A stretch of 64,000 nt of DNA from Nitrospinaceae bacterium (GTDB taxonomy: Bacteria > Nitrospinota > Nitrospinia > Nitrospinales > VA-1), in assembly GCA_046754465.1 (NCBI GenBank), contig JBHHVU010000001.1, positions 64,001 to 128,000 on the forward strand. The letters are read 5' to 3'. Every line of letters starts with the position of its first letter. Positions within the stretch are counted from its first letter, which is position 1. Positions 31,763-41,626 of the stretch are shown piece after piece. The notes under the pieces were generated by a model. It was not told the origin of the DNA and ran no database searches. It was given only the letters and a program-made list of their open reading frames with translations. Both the position numbers and the translations under genes were made by a program.

Positions 31763-33064
31763 ATGAAAAAAAACCTTTTTCCGCTTTCCCTTAAAGTTTC
31801 AGTCTTCCTTGCTTTTATGATCCTTGGCCCGGTTTCATCATCGGGCGCGGAAGATGAAAAGTTCTTCCGGGAAGCGTTGGCTTATACCGTAAAAATCCAG
31901 ACCCGGGTGGAACTGCCCTTTGACGGGGAAAGGAAAGGGTTTTCCACCGGCGCCGGGTTTCTGATCAACGCCGCGCGCGGCTGGATCATGACCAATGCCC
32001 ATGTGGTGTCCCGGTCCCCTTCGCATGTTTCCGCGGCCTTCCATGGAAAAAGTTTTCAACCGGCGCAAAAGGTGTTCGTCGATCCCTACCTTGATATGGC
32101 CCTGTTGAAGATTCCCCCGGCCTCGATTCCCAAGGGGGTCCGGGCCGCATCGCTCGATTGCGGTGACTTGCCGGAAATCGGCCATTCGGTCGGGGCTTTC
32201 GGTCACCCCTGGAAATTTTCATTTACAGGGACGCGGGGCATCATCTCCGGGGTGACCTCCAAACTCGGAGGGGAACTTCTGCAAACCGACGCCCCGATCA
32301 ACCCCGGCAATTCAGGCGGACCCCTCATCAGCATGCGGACAGGCCAAGTGGTGGGCATGAACACCGCCACTCTGGATAAGGACCAGGACCAAAATACCAA
32401 TTTTGCCGAACCGATGAAATACTTGTGCCGGATCCTCACACTCCTGAAAGAGGGACGGGACCCCTCCCCGCCAGACTTGACCATCATGTTTCAGGCAGAT
32501 CTCGAAGACCATCGGCAACTGATCGTGGCCAGGACTTACCTCGGCCCCGGCCAGGTCCCCATCCGGGAAGGGGACGTGATCCTCGAAGTGGAAGGCACTC
32601 CGGGGACCATCCATAACGAAGGACAGTTCGTTCACGCCCTGCGAGGCCGGCTGGACCATGTGGTCCTGAAGGTCAAACGGGAAGGAAAGGAAATCTCGAT
32701 TTCCGGCGCCCTCACTCCGGCGGAGTGGGTGACCCAAAGAAAAGGGATCTTTTTTTCGGGAATCCTGTTGGCCCCGAGCCGGTACCGGGACCGGTCGGAA
32801 ATGAACTTCCCTTTCCGGGTCAATTACGTGGAACCCGGTTCCATCGGCGAAATCAAAAGAATAAAAAACTGGGACCGCCTCATGTTCGTGGACGGCCACC
32901 CGGTCGACAGCCTGGAAGACCTGTTCGATTATCTGAAAAAACATCAGAACAGCCGGGGAAAAATCGTGGTCCAACTGAGGGACATCAGCGATTTGGATGA
33001 CCGCATTTATAATTACAAGGACATTGCCCTCGAGGTAGACCGGCTGAAATTTATCGGCCGCTGA
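31763..33064 (+). CDS. secreted trypsin-like (HtrA-type) serine protease with PDZ-like domains
   Basis: TNAHVV, DMALLK, QTDAPINPGNSGGPL; signal peptide. Confidence 0.9.
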   Translation: MKKNLFPLSLKVSVFLAFMILGPVSSSGAEDEKFFREALAYTVKIQTRVELPFDGERKGFSTGAGFLINAARGWIMTNAHVVSRSPSHVSAAFHGKSFQPAQKVFVDPYLDMALLKIPPASIPKGVRAASLDCGDLPEIGHSVGAFGHPWKFSFTGTRGIISGVTSKLGGELLQTDAPINPGNSGGPLISMRTGQVVGMNTATLDKDQDQNTNFAEPMKYLCRILTLLKEGRDPSPPDLTIMFQADLEDHRQLIVARTYLGPGQVPIREGDVILEVEGTPGTIHNEGQFVHALRGRLDHVVLKVKREGKEISISGALTPAEWVTQRKGIFFSGILLAPSRYRDRSEMNFPFRVNYVEPGSIGEIKRIKNWDRLMFVDGHPVDSLEDLFDYLKKHQNSRGKIVVQLRDISDLDDRIYNYKDIALEVDRLKFIGR

Positions 33065-33401
33065 ATCCCCCAGCTCAATTCATATCTTTCCTTTTTCTTT
33101 TCCAACCAGGTCCTTTGTCATACTTTCCTTGTAAAATAAAAACGGTCAGGCATGGAAACCAGGACGGGACCTGGAAAAAATGGAAAAGATTTTCACCGGA
33201 TACAAATCCCGGCGGTTTTTTCCATCCGCTCAAAATTTTTTCAATTTATTGAAAAATATTAACTTATTAATGATTCTCCCCAAAAACCGGTCTTCGGCTC
33301 TCACCCCATTAAAACGTTACATCAAATGTAATATTGAAATTTAAAAATAATATTGATACCCTTCAACAATCGCCCCTTATTATACATTTACCATAAAGGA
33401 A

Positions 33402-33659
33402 ATGGAGGGAATAATGAAAAAATTATTCGCTGTATTCGCAGGATTCCTGTTCGTTTTGTCCTTAGCTCTTCCTCTGAATGTTGTTGCGGATGAGGGAAGT
33501 TCCCCTGCAGCGGTAGAAAAGTCCTCCGATGACGGTAAGTCCAAAGCAAAGGAAGAAGGAAAAAAGGATGAAAAAAAAGAAGCTTCCGCAAAAAGCGATG
33601 ACAAAGGAGGAAAAGAAAAGAAAGAAGCTGATAAAACACCCGAGAAAAAGGGAAAATAA
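33402..33659 (+). CDS. small secreted Lys/Glu-rich protein (likely start 33414)
   Basis: GGAGGG RBS, MKKLF signal peptide, low-complexity charged tail. Confidence 0.7.
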   Translation: MEGIMKKLFAVFAGFLFVLSLALPLNVVADEGSSPAAVEKSSDDGKSKAKEEGKKDEKKEASAKSDDKGGKEKKEADKTPEKKGK

Positions 33660-33797
33660 TTGAGTCTTGTTGGGACCCCTATTCCCAAACTTTCTCTTTT
33701 ACATTAGGCGCTTTTGTAGATAGAAGCACCTTTGAATTTGGCATTTGAGCGCGGTTGTTTGGATTTAATTAAATCGCTTGAGGGGGCGATATGAATC

Positions 33798-33834
33798 AAA
33801 AGGGTTTGTGGCAACTGCCGCAAACCCTTTTTTT
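33798..33834 (+). terminator. rho-independent terminator (intron target site)
   Basis: AAAAGGGTTTGTGGC-AACT-GCCGCAAACCCTTTTTTT. Confidence 0.85.
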
Positions 33835-33838
33835 ATTT

Positions 33839-34076
33839 GTGCGCCCGGCAGGGCGCACCTACTTGGAGGTGCAAGTCCTCTACAGGCCCGGCAAGGGGAA
33901 CTGTTAGCCGGACGGCAAGGGTGTCCACCGCGAGGTGGAATCTGAAGGAAGCCGCAGGCAAAGCGCTGGTCCGACGAACAGAAATCGCATATGAATCCGG
34001 ATACTCATACAAAATGCCGTTTACACACTTTTTCTGATAGACCTGACGGTGGGGGTAACTCCGCCTCCTACCCGAT
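33839..34076 (+). mobile_element. internally deleted group IIC intron remnant (no RT ORF, no domain V)
   Basis: 5' GTGCGCCCGGC; domain I motifs GCAAGGGTGTCC..GGAATCTGAAGGAAGC; 3' domain VI end GACGGTGGGGGTAACTCCGCCTCCTACCCGAT; starts 4 nt after a terminator T-run. Confidence 0.85.
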
Positions 34077-34323
34077 TCGGCGGTTTACAATTCGCCCTGA
34101 AAAAATTCGCATCCTTCTCTTCCGGTTCCCCGTATTCCAACCTTGCCCCTTGTGGGTTCCCTTTCCAGAAGGTTTTTTTTCCAGCCCACCCTGTAAAGAT
34201 TTTCAGTTGGGGATTGGGTCCTCCTCAAAAACCCCGTATTATAATAAAATATCAAGCAGGAACCCGTTCCTGATAACTCCGCGATTTCACCTTAATGAGT
34301 ACATTGAGGGGTTAATAATCATC

Positions 34324-35178
34324 ATGCTTTGGATCATTTTTTGGGGAACAAGGTTGTTCCGGTTTTTCCGGTATCGGGGAACCGGAAATTTGGCAGCGGC
34401 CCTGACGTTAATGCTCATTCCGGCCAACGGGTTGGCGGCGCCCTTCAACCTCGAATCCCGGGATGGAATCGCGCGCTATCGCCAAAAAGACTTCCAACGG
34501 GCGGAACAAAAGTTTCTCGAAGCCCAAAAGGAACATCCCAACGATCCCAAGTTAACCTATAACCTGGCCAACAGCCAATACATGCAGGGCAAATATAACG
34601 AGGCGCTTCAGTCCTATACCCAGGCCGCCGCGGGAAAATCGGCCCCGGCAATAAAACAACGGGCTCTGTACAACAAAGGAAACGCGCTTTACCGGTTAGG
34701 GAAACTCGAGGCTTCCGCCAAGGCCTACAAAAAGGCGCTGGAACTGGATCCTCACGACATGGATGCCAAGTTCAATCTGGAATTCGTGAGGGAAAAGATA
34801 AAAAAGAATCAACGCCGGGAAAGAAAAAACAAGAGAAAGAAGGATTCCCCCTCCGGTAATAACCGGCCCGGGGAAAACAACTCTTCATCCGCGAACGAAC
34901 AGCAGGACCGCGAGGGAGAAACGTCCCCCGGACGGTCGCCGGAAGACTCCAGGGAGCCCTTCAGCCCCGAGGATTCCTCCCCCCCACTTCCCGCTTCCCC
35001 CGCGAAAGAGCAAACCAACGGCAAACCTCTGGGTCCGGCCAAACCCGTTCAACCGGCCCTCACCAAGGAGGAAGCCGAACGATGGTTGAGTTCCCTCAAT
35101 GAGGACCTGAAAACATTTCGCCAGAAACAGGCCAAGGGCGGCGAGAGGGCCTCCGGAACTCAAATAAGGGATTGGTGA
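34324..35178 (+). CDS. batC: BatC-like TPR protein
   Basis: YNLANSQY, YNKGNALY, DAKFNLE, low-complexity linker, C-terminal RDW. Confidence 0.8.
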   Translation: MLWIIFWGTRLFRFFRYRGTGNLAAALTLMLIPANGLAAPFNLESRDGIARYRQKDFQRAEQKFLEAQKEHPNDPKLTYNLANSQYMQGKYNEALQSYTQAAAGKSAPAIKQRALYNKGNALYRLGKLEASAKAYKKALELDPHDMDAKFNLEFVREKIKKNQRRERKNKRKKDSPSGNNRPGENNSSSANEQQDREGETSPGRSPEDSREPFSPEDSSPPLPASPAKEQTNGKPLGPAKPVQPALTKEEAERWLSSLNEDLKTFRQKQAKGGERASGTQIRDW

Positions 35179-35191
35179 GAGAGAAATTTTA

Positions 35192-37009
35192 ATGAATCGT
35201 GTTTTTTGTTCCATCATTATTCGAGGAGTTTTCATCGGGCTGACAGGGCTCTTCTTCATTATGGGAACGGGGTCCCTTTCCCTTGCGGAAGAGATCGGTC
35301 TCCAGGCGACGGTGGACACCAACGAATTGACGTTGGAGGACAGCCTCCGGTTGTCCATCACTGTCAAAGGAGTTCAAAACGCGCCCTCCCCCGAATTACC
35401 GCCCCTACCCAATTTCCGCGTCCAATCCGCCGGAACCTCTTCGGCCACTGAAATTGTGAATGGAGTCACGAATGTTCAAGTGACTTATGATTACCGGCTG
35501 ACCCCAAAACAAACAGGAACCTTCGTGATCGGACCCGCCCGCCTTGAACTGGCCGGAATCGTTTATAAATCCGATCCCATCACCGTGACCGTCAAGAAGC
35601 CCTCGGGGAAAAAGACCCAGGCGCGTTCCCTGGCTTATGTAGAAACCTTTGTTTCCAACCCCCGGCCATTCGTGAACGAGCAGGTGATCTACACCTTCAA
35701 ACTCTATCGCAGGCTGGATGCGAAAAACCTGGACCTCAGCATGTCCTTCGACGATACCGATTTCCGCAAGGAAGACATGGAAGACGCCCGGACCTACAAC
35801 CAGGTCATCAACGGCATTCCCTACCAGCTCCATGAACTTTCCGTCGCGCTTTTTCCCATCCACGCGGGGCGGGTAAAAATTCCTGCGGCGGTTCTGGAAC
35901 TGGACCTCATCAACCGATCCAAAAAAGGGGCGGGGCGGGACCCTTTTTCGATGTTTTTCGAGGATCCGTTTTTTGCCTCCGGCGCCAAAACGGTCCATAA
36001 AGTCTTAAGAGCCGAGCCCATCGAGGTCGAGGTCCAGCCTTTACCCGAAAAGGGGCGGCCGCCGGATTTTTCCAACCTGGTCGGCCCGGTGGAGATTTCC
36101 GCCCACCTGGAAAAGGAGCAACTTGAAGTGGGAGACAGCGCCACCCTGACCGTCACCGTTTCCGGTCCAGGCAATGTGAAGGATTTCTCGCTCCCCTTTC
36201 CGGACCTGCGGTCGACTTTCAAGGTGTACCCGGACCAGCCCGAGGTCAAACGAACCGTCAAGGAGAACAACCTGACGGAGGAAAAGATATTCCGGTTCGC
36301 CCTGGTTCCCTTAAAAGAAGGGGAATTCATGCTGCCCCCCCTGGGCCTGTCTTATTTCGACCCTGTCCGGGAAAAATATGAGCGCGCGGAGACCCGGCCC
36401 TTTGCCTTGTCGGTGCTGCCTTCCTCCGGGGAGGAAAAATTGAAGGTCAGTGAACCGGAGCGTCCCGAAGAATCGGAACCCGAAAATAAAGTTAAAATTA
36501 TCGGAGAAGATATCTTTCCGATTCATACCCGTTTGGCGGATTTCCGGAATATGGCCTTCACCGCATCGGACGTGGGCCGGTTCGCGATGGGATTCCTTTT
36601 TCCTCCCGCTCTTTTCTTCGCCCTAGCGGGAGTCATCCGGCACCGGCAGCGCCTGAAATACGATGTGGCATTTTTCCGGAGTTGGAACGCCTTCAAAATG
36701 GCCGATCAACGGTTGAAACAGCTTTCCGGCTCACCCAACAGCAACCCCAAGGAATTCGTCAAGGAACTTTCCGAGATTCTCCGGGAATACATTGGCAACA
36801 AACTGAACCTGCGGGGAAAAGCCATCACCTCCCGGGAGGTGGAAAGCAAGCTGAAGGAAAAACATTATTCCAAAGAACTGGCCTCCTCCGTGCGTAGATT
36901 GCTCGAAAAATACGAATCCCTGCAGTACGGTCCCAAAACGTTCGACAACCGCAAGGAACTGTTCAAGGAATCGGTCAAAATTTTAAAACGGCTGGAGAAC
37001 CGGACATGA
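35192..37009 (+). CDS. batD: BatD family protein
   Basis: Three Ig-like BatD repeats, C-terminal TM helix; operon context. Confidence 0.85.
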   Translation: MNRVFCSIIIRGVFIGLTGLFFIMGTGSLSLAEEIGLQATVDTNELTLEDSLRLSITVKGVQNAPSPELPPLPNFRVQSAGTSSATEIVNGVTNVQVTYDYRLTPKQTGTFVIGPARLELAGIVYKSDPITVTVKKPSGKKTQARSLAYVETFVSNPRPFVNEQVIYTFKLYRRLDAKNLDLSMSFDDTDFRKEDMEDARTYNQVINGIPYQLHELSVALFPIHAGRVKIPAAVLELDLINRSKKGAGRDPFSMFFEDPFFASGAKTVHKVLRAEPIEVEVQPLPEKGRPPDFSNLVGPVEISAHLEKEQLEVGDSATLTVTVSGPGNVKDFSLPFPDLRSTFKVYPDQPEVKRTVKENNLTEEKIFRFALVPLKEGEFMLPPLGLSYFDPVREKYERAETRPFALSVLPSSGEEKLKVSEPERPEESEPENKVKIIGEDIFPIHTRLADFRNMAFTASDVGRFAMGFLFPPALFFALAGVIRHRQRLKYDVAFFRSWNAFKMADQRLKQLSGSPNSNPKEFVKELSEILREYIGNKLNLRGKAITSREVESKLKEKHYSKELASSVRRLLEKYESLQYGPKTFDNRKELFKESVKILKRLENRT

Positions 37010-37767
37010 GTCTACGTTTGGCAACGATTTTGCTCCTGTTCACGGTTTGGACCCTCGGCGCCGCGGTTTGCGGTCATGCTGAACCTACAGGATATTTAAA
37101 CCGGATATCCCGGGCCAACGATCTTTATCTCAACAAAAAATACCGGGAAGCGGCGGGAATTTATGAGGACCTGATCGGCCAGGGGCTTCAAAATGGTTAC
37201 CTCTACTACAATTTGGGGAATACGTATATGCGCCTGGACAAAATCGGACCGGCGATTCTCAATTATATTAAGGCAAAACGGCTCCTTCCGCGGGATGAAT
37301 CCCTCAACGCCAACTTTCGCTACGCCTTCCGGAAAACCAAGGACCAGATCGAACCTACATCCACCGGATGGTTGCGGACCATTTTCTTCTGGCTGGATGA
37401 CTTCAACCTGAGGGAGCATCTCCAGATTCTTGTCTTCATTTCCCTGCTATTCTGGATCACCGTGACCTTCTGGTACATCCGGAGAACGGGCGGATGGGAC
37501 TTGGCCCGGAAATCAATGCTGACCATTCTATTGACCTCCCTGATATCCACCGGTGCTAAAATAGGAGTGGAATCCCATTCCCGAATCGGGGTGGTCCTGC
37601 CGGTGGAGATGGATGTGAAGTCGGCGTTGGGTCCGGAAAACGTGACCCTGTTCCAACTCCATGAAGGAGCCATCGTATCCGTCCTCGACCACCAGGAGGG
37701 ATGGTATCGTATAGACCTGAGCGATGGAAACAACGGTTGGGTGCCCGAAAATTTTATTGGTCTGTAA
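37006..37767 (+). CDS. batE: BatE TPR + SH3-like protein
   Basis: YYNLGNTY, TM helices, FQLHEG...GWV SH3b end. Confidence 0.85.
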   Translation: MSLRLATILLLFTVWTLGAAVCGHAEPTGYLNRISRANDLYLNKKYREAAGIYEDLIGQGLQNGYLYYNLGNTYMRLDKIGPAILNYIKAKRLLPRDESLNANFRYAFRKTKDQIEPTSTGWLRTIFFWLDDFNLREHLQILVFISLLFWITVTFWYIRRTGGWDLARKSMLTILLTSLISTGAKIGVESHSRIGVVLPVEMDVKSALGPENVTLFQLHEGAIVSVLDHQEGWYRIDLSDGNNGWVPENFIGL

Positions 37768-37799
37768 ACGGAATCCGGGATTCCTGAAAGGAGTGTTCC

Positions 37800-40016
37800 A
37801 TGCCCGTTAAACTTCCACAATCCGGCGGCGGCTGGGGGGCGATATTCTATTCCCTGAAACTGGCCCGGCGGGCCGGAGGTATTTGGCCTCTCCTGCGGTC
37901 CATGATCACCAAAAACAGCTGCAAAAGCTGCGCCCTGGGCATGGGTGGACAAAAAGGGGGAATGCGGAATGAAAAGGGACATTTCCCCGAAGTATGCAAC
38001 AAATCCATTCTGGCCCAGGCATCCGACATGCAGGGGATCCTTCCCCCCGATTTCTTTCAGCGTCATGACATCGAATCCCTGAGCCATTGGACGCCCCGTC
38101 AGCTGGAATTGAGCGGACGATTGACCCAACCGGTCATCTGTGAAAATGGCGGTGCCCATTACCGTCCCCTCCCCTGGAACGAAGCCATTGAACAGGTGGC
38201 GGACCGTCTGAAATCCACTCCCCCCGGGCGGGCCTTTTTTTACGCCAGCGGCCGTTCCTCCAACGAAGCGGGATTTCTTTTGCAACTTCTGGCGCGTCAA
38301 TGGGGAACCAACAACGTCAACAATTGTTCCTTTTACTGTCACCAGGCCTCCGGCGTCGGGTTGTCGCAAAGCCTGGGGACCGGGACCGCCACGATTGAAC
38401 TGGAGGACCTGGACTCGGTCGACCTGATTTTTCTGATCGGCGCCAACCCGGCTTCCAACCATCCTCGGTTCATGCGCACTCTCATGGAAACCCGCCGCCG
38501 GGGAGGCCGGGTTATCGTGATCAATCCCGCCAGGGAGCGGGGTCTGGAAAACTTCAGCGTCCCATCGGACCCTCGGAGTCTTCTGTTCGGATCGGAAATC
38601 GCCAGTACATACCTGCAACCCCATATCGGGGGAGATATCGCCCTGATGAACGGAATCGGCAAGGCTTTGCTGGAAATGGCGGAATCCGACCCCAGGGTGA
38701 TCGATTCTTCATTCATTGAAAACAGCACCGAGGATTATTCCGCTTACCGCCAGGACCTGGAAGGCCACTCCTGGGAACAACTGGAAGCCGGGTCGGGTTT
38801 GTCCCGGCAACTCATGGAGCAAACGGCGCGGGAATATGCCGAGGCCAGGAACGTTGTGTTTGCCTGGGCCATGGGGGTCACCCACCACGCACACGGAGTG
38901 AAGAACGTGCAGGCCATCGTCAACCTGGCCCTGTTGCGTGGCATGGCGGGACGAAAAAACGCCGGCCTGCTTCCTTTGCGCGGACACAGCAACGTGCAGG
39001 GCATCGGGTCGGTCGGGGTCACCCCCCAGTTGAAAAAGAAGATATTTGACAACCTGGAATCCTTGTACGGAATCCGGCTCCCCTCAGAAACCGGAATGGA
39101 CACCTTGGGATGCCTAGAAGCCGCCAGGGAGGGACATTTAGATTTCGCCTGGAATCTAGGGGGAAATCTTTTCGGTTCGAATCCTGATTCCCACTTCGCC
39201 CGGGAGGCCCTGGGGGAAATCGATTTTATCCTCTATATGAACACCACCCTGAATCAGGGGCACTTTAACGGACGGGGGAAAACGACGCTCCTTTTACCCG
39301 TTGCCGCGCGAGATGAGGAACCGGAACCCACGACGCAGGAAAGCATGTTCAATTACATCCGCATGAGCGATGGCGGGAGGTCCCGTTATTTCGGCCCGCG
39401 GAGCGAGGTGACCGTGATCGCGGAAATTGCGGCGCGCGCGTTGCCCGCCCAGCCCATCCCCTGGCAGGAGCTCAAGCGAACGGGAAATATCCGTCAAATG
39501 ATCGGATCGGTGGTCCCCGGATTTGAAAAAATGAAAGACATGGACCGCACTCGCCAGGAATTCCAGATTGGGGGCCGCACCCTCCACGCGCCCGCCTTTC
39601 CAACGAAAAGCGGCAAAGCCCGGTTCACGGTTTGTGTCCCGCCCCCGGCCCTGGGGGAAATCCTACCCGAAAACGAGTTCACCCTTATGACCGTGCGCTC
39701 GGAGGGACAGTTTAATACGGTGGTCTACGACCTGAATGACCGGTACCGGGGAGTCTCCTCAAGAAACGTCGTTTTAATGAATGCGGAGGATATACAGTCT
39801 TCCGGGCTGCGGGAGGAACAAAGGGTGCGGGTCATAAATCAGACTGGAAAAATGAACGGGTTGAAGTTGCTTGCCTACCCCATTAAATCGGGCAATATCA
39901 TGATGTATTATCCCGAAGCCAATGTCCTGGTGCCCCGGCTGCACGACCAGCAGTCGAAAACACCTTCTTTTAAATCGGTGCGGGTGCGGGTGGAGGGGGA
40001 GGAATCGTGCGGCTAA
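37800..40016 (+). CDS. FdhF/YdeP-family molybdopterin oxidoreductase
   Basis: GGGWGA, CKSCA, YASGRSSNEA, NCSFYCHQAS, LRGHSNVQG, TVRSEGQFNT. Confidence 0.92.
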   Translation: MPVKLPQSGGGWGAIFYSLKLARRAGGIWPLLRSMITKNSCKSCALGMGGQKGGMRNEKGHFPEVCNKSILAQASDMQGILPPDFFQRHDIESLSHWTPRQLELSGRLTQPVICENGGAHYRPLPWNEAIEQVADRLKSTPPGRAFFYASGRSSNEAGFLLQLLARQWGTNNVNNCSFYCHQASGVGLSQSLGTGTATIELEDLDSVDLIFLIGANPASNHPRFMRTLMETRRRGGRVIVINPARERGLENFSVPSDPRSLLFGSEIASTYLQPHIGGDIALMNGIGKALLEMAESDPRVIDSSFIENSTEDYSAYRQDLEGHSWEQLEAGSGLSRQLMEQTAREYAEARNVVFAWAMGVTHHAHGVKNVQAIVNLALLRGMAGRKNAGLLPLRGHSNVQGIGSVGVTPQLKKKIFDNLESLYGIRLPSETGMDTLGCLEAAREGHLDFAWNLGGNLFGSNPDSHFAREALGEIDFILYMNTTLNQGHFNGRGKTTLLLPVAARDEEPEPTTQESMFNYIRMSDGGRSRYFGPRSEVTVIAEIAARALPAQPIPWQELKRTGNIRQMIGSVVPGFEKMKDMDRTRQEFQIGGRTLHAPAFPTKSGKARFTVCVPPPALGEILPENEFTLMTVRSEGQFNTVVYDLNDRYRGVSSRNVVLMNAEDIQSSGLREEQRVRVINQTGKMNGLKLLAYPIKSGNIMMYYPEANVLVPRLHDQQSKTPSFKSVRVRVEGEESCG

Positions 40017-40089
40017 AGCGGAGGACCCGTCTCTATTTTTCAGAAGGGATTCCGATTCGGAAGCCTTCCTTCAATTCAAACCGGACAAC

Positions 40090-40686
40090 TCATATATTTC
40101 TGGGAGAACATTTTGACTTTTTTAATTCCAATTGGGCAATCAGATTTTTCCTCTTTTGATCGATGGAGATATCGAAGATGGAGAGCAGCTGGTACATCAA
40201 CTGATTTTCCTTCATGGGGACGTCGAATTTTTCTCCTGCAAACCGAACCATGGGGTGTTCCCCGGTGGACGGCGGTTTGATCCAGGAAAGGCCGTTTTCC
40301 AGGATTTCCGCCGTTCTGGAAAGAAGCCAATTTTTATCCCAGGGTTTGGTCGCATAACAATCCGCGCCCGATTCCAGGCCGCGGACGAAACACTTCCGGT
40401 CCCAAACCCCCGTAAGAAGGATGACGGGGACATCGCGCCATTTAGGGTTCTCTTTGATGGCCCGGCAAAACTCGAACCCGTTCATCCCCGGCATCATGAT
40501 ATCGCTGAAGATGAGTATCGGCTTTCGCCGCCGAATCATCGAAAGAGCCTTCTCCGCGTTTGAGGCCACCTCGACCACATATTTTTTTTTCTCTAAAGTA
40601 TGGCGGAGCAAATCTCTTTGTTCCCCGCAATCCTCCACCACCAAAATATAAGGGCAGCCGGGTTCCTTACGATTAGACGCGAGCAT
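40090..40686 (-). CDS. receiver-domain response regulator without output domain
   Basis: ILVVED, SDIMMPGMNG, YATKP; start uncertain. Confidence 0.8.
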   Translation of the reverse strand: MLASNRKEPGCPYILVVEDCGEQRDLLRHTLEKKKYVVEVASNAEKALSMIRRRKPILIFSDIMMPGMNGFEFCRAIKENPKWRDVPVILLTGVWDRKCFVRGLESGADCYATKPWDKNWLLSRTAEILENGLSWIKPPSTGEHPMVRFAGEKFDVPMKENQLMYQLLSIFDISIDQKRKNLIAQLELKKSKCSPRNI

Positions 40687-40861
40687 TTTAATTTTATTTT
40701 TTGGAATTTTTAACGCCTGATCGATTGGGACTGTTGGAGTACAGGGTCCAAAGCTTGGCAACGTACAGGTAAATTGTGCACTCGCAGCCGCCCGAATGGA
40801 GGATCAGGATAATTTCAATGGATTCGGTTGAAAGAGGAACCCGTTGGGGTCCCCGTAAGGT

Positions 40862-41299
40862 TTATCCTTCCGGATCCGCACCTACCAAAAAACCTTCCAG
40901 ATGCGCTCTTTTACTTGGATCCCCCCTCCTGTAAATTCTAATGACTCTTTCCACGAGTTCTTTCAGTTTCCGGTCCTCAGAAAGGTTGAGGAACTCTTGC
41001 GGAAAAGATGAATTCTCCCCATTGTCCAGATCGGTCCGGATCATTTCCCCGCGTCCGGTCAGAAGCCAGTAAAGATTGATATTCGAATAAGTACAAAGAT
41101 TGGCCAACGTATTCGCGGAGGGAAGGGATTTATCATTTTCAAGGTCGGAAAGGGACCCTTGGGAAACACGGATCTTCTTGGACAAATCTACGAGTTTTAA
41201 CAGGGAAGATTTACGCCAGCTCTTCAACCGCTTCCCCACGGTTGTCACCGTAATTGTTTCTTGGGCACCATTATTATCATTTGTCATAACTTCCCTCAT
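40862..41299 (-). CDS. XRE-family helix-turn-helix regulator
   Basis: GKRLKSWR...VSQGSLSDLEND..PS...WLLTG. Confidence 0.88.
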   Translation of the reverse strand: MREVMTNDNNGAQETITVTTVGKRLKSWRKSSLLKLVDLSKKIRVSQGSLSDLENDKSLPSANTLANLCTYSNINLYWLLTGRGEMIRTDLDNGENSSFPQEFLNLSEDRKLKELVERVIRIYRRGDPSKRAHLEGFLVGADPEG

Positions 41300-41626
41300 C
41301 GAAATGGACCGGAATCATTGTATTTCCCCCGATTGATCATTTATCCCTGGGAATCATTTCCCGAATGGACCCATCCAATATTCATTCATTTGATGGGGCC
41401 GGTATTTAGGATATGGGGGATGTATTGAGGAATTGTTAAGTAAAAGTTACAGTTTGGTAACAATTCGCGATAGGCCCGGCCCGGAATGGGCGGAAATGGG
41501 GAATTAACGTAAAATTCGGCAAAACAATCCGGAATGGGGACGGAAGTTCCTTCCCGTAAGGAAGCGGATCCCGGAAAATCCGGGCCCGGAAAGAAACGGA
41601 CGGGCAGGCAAGGGGAGAACCCGGAT

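Noticed and set aside
33991..34323. N-terminal 111 aa of the 395-aa ORF and the 66-aa ORF at 33837
   Set aside because: They overlap the intron relic and promoter-like DNA and show no RT/maturase motifs
39172..39186. GGTTCGAATCC tRNA T-arm-like motif (also GTTCGAATCC near 7782)
   Set aside because: No cloverleaf; the first lies inside the FdhF/YdeP coding frame
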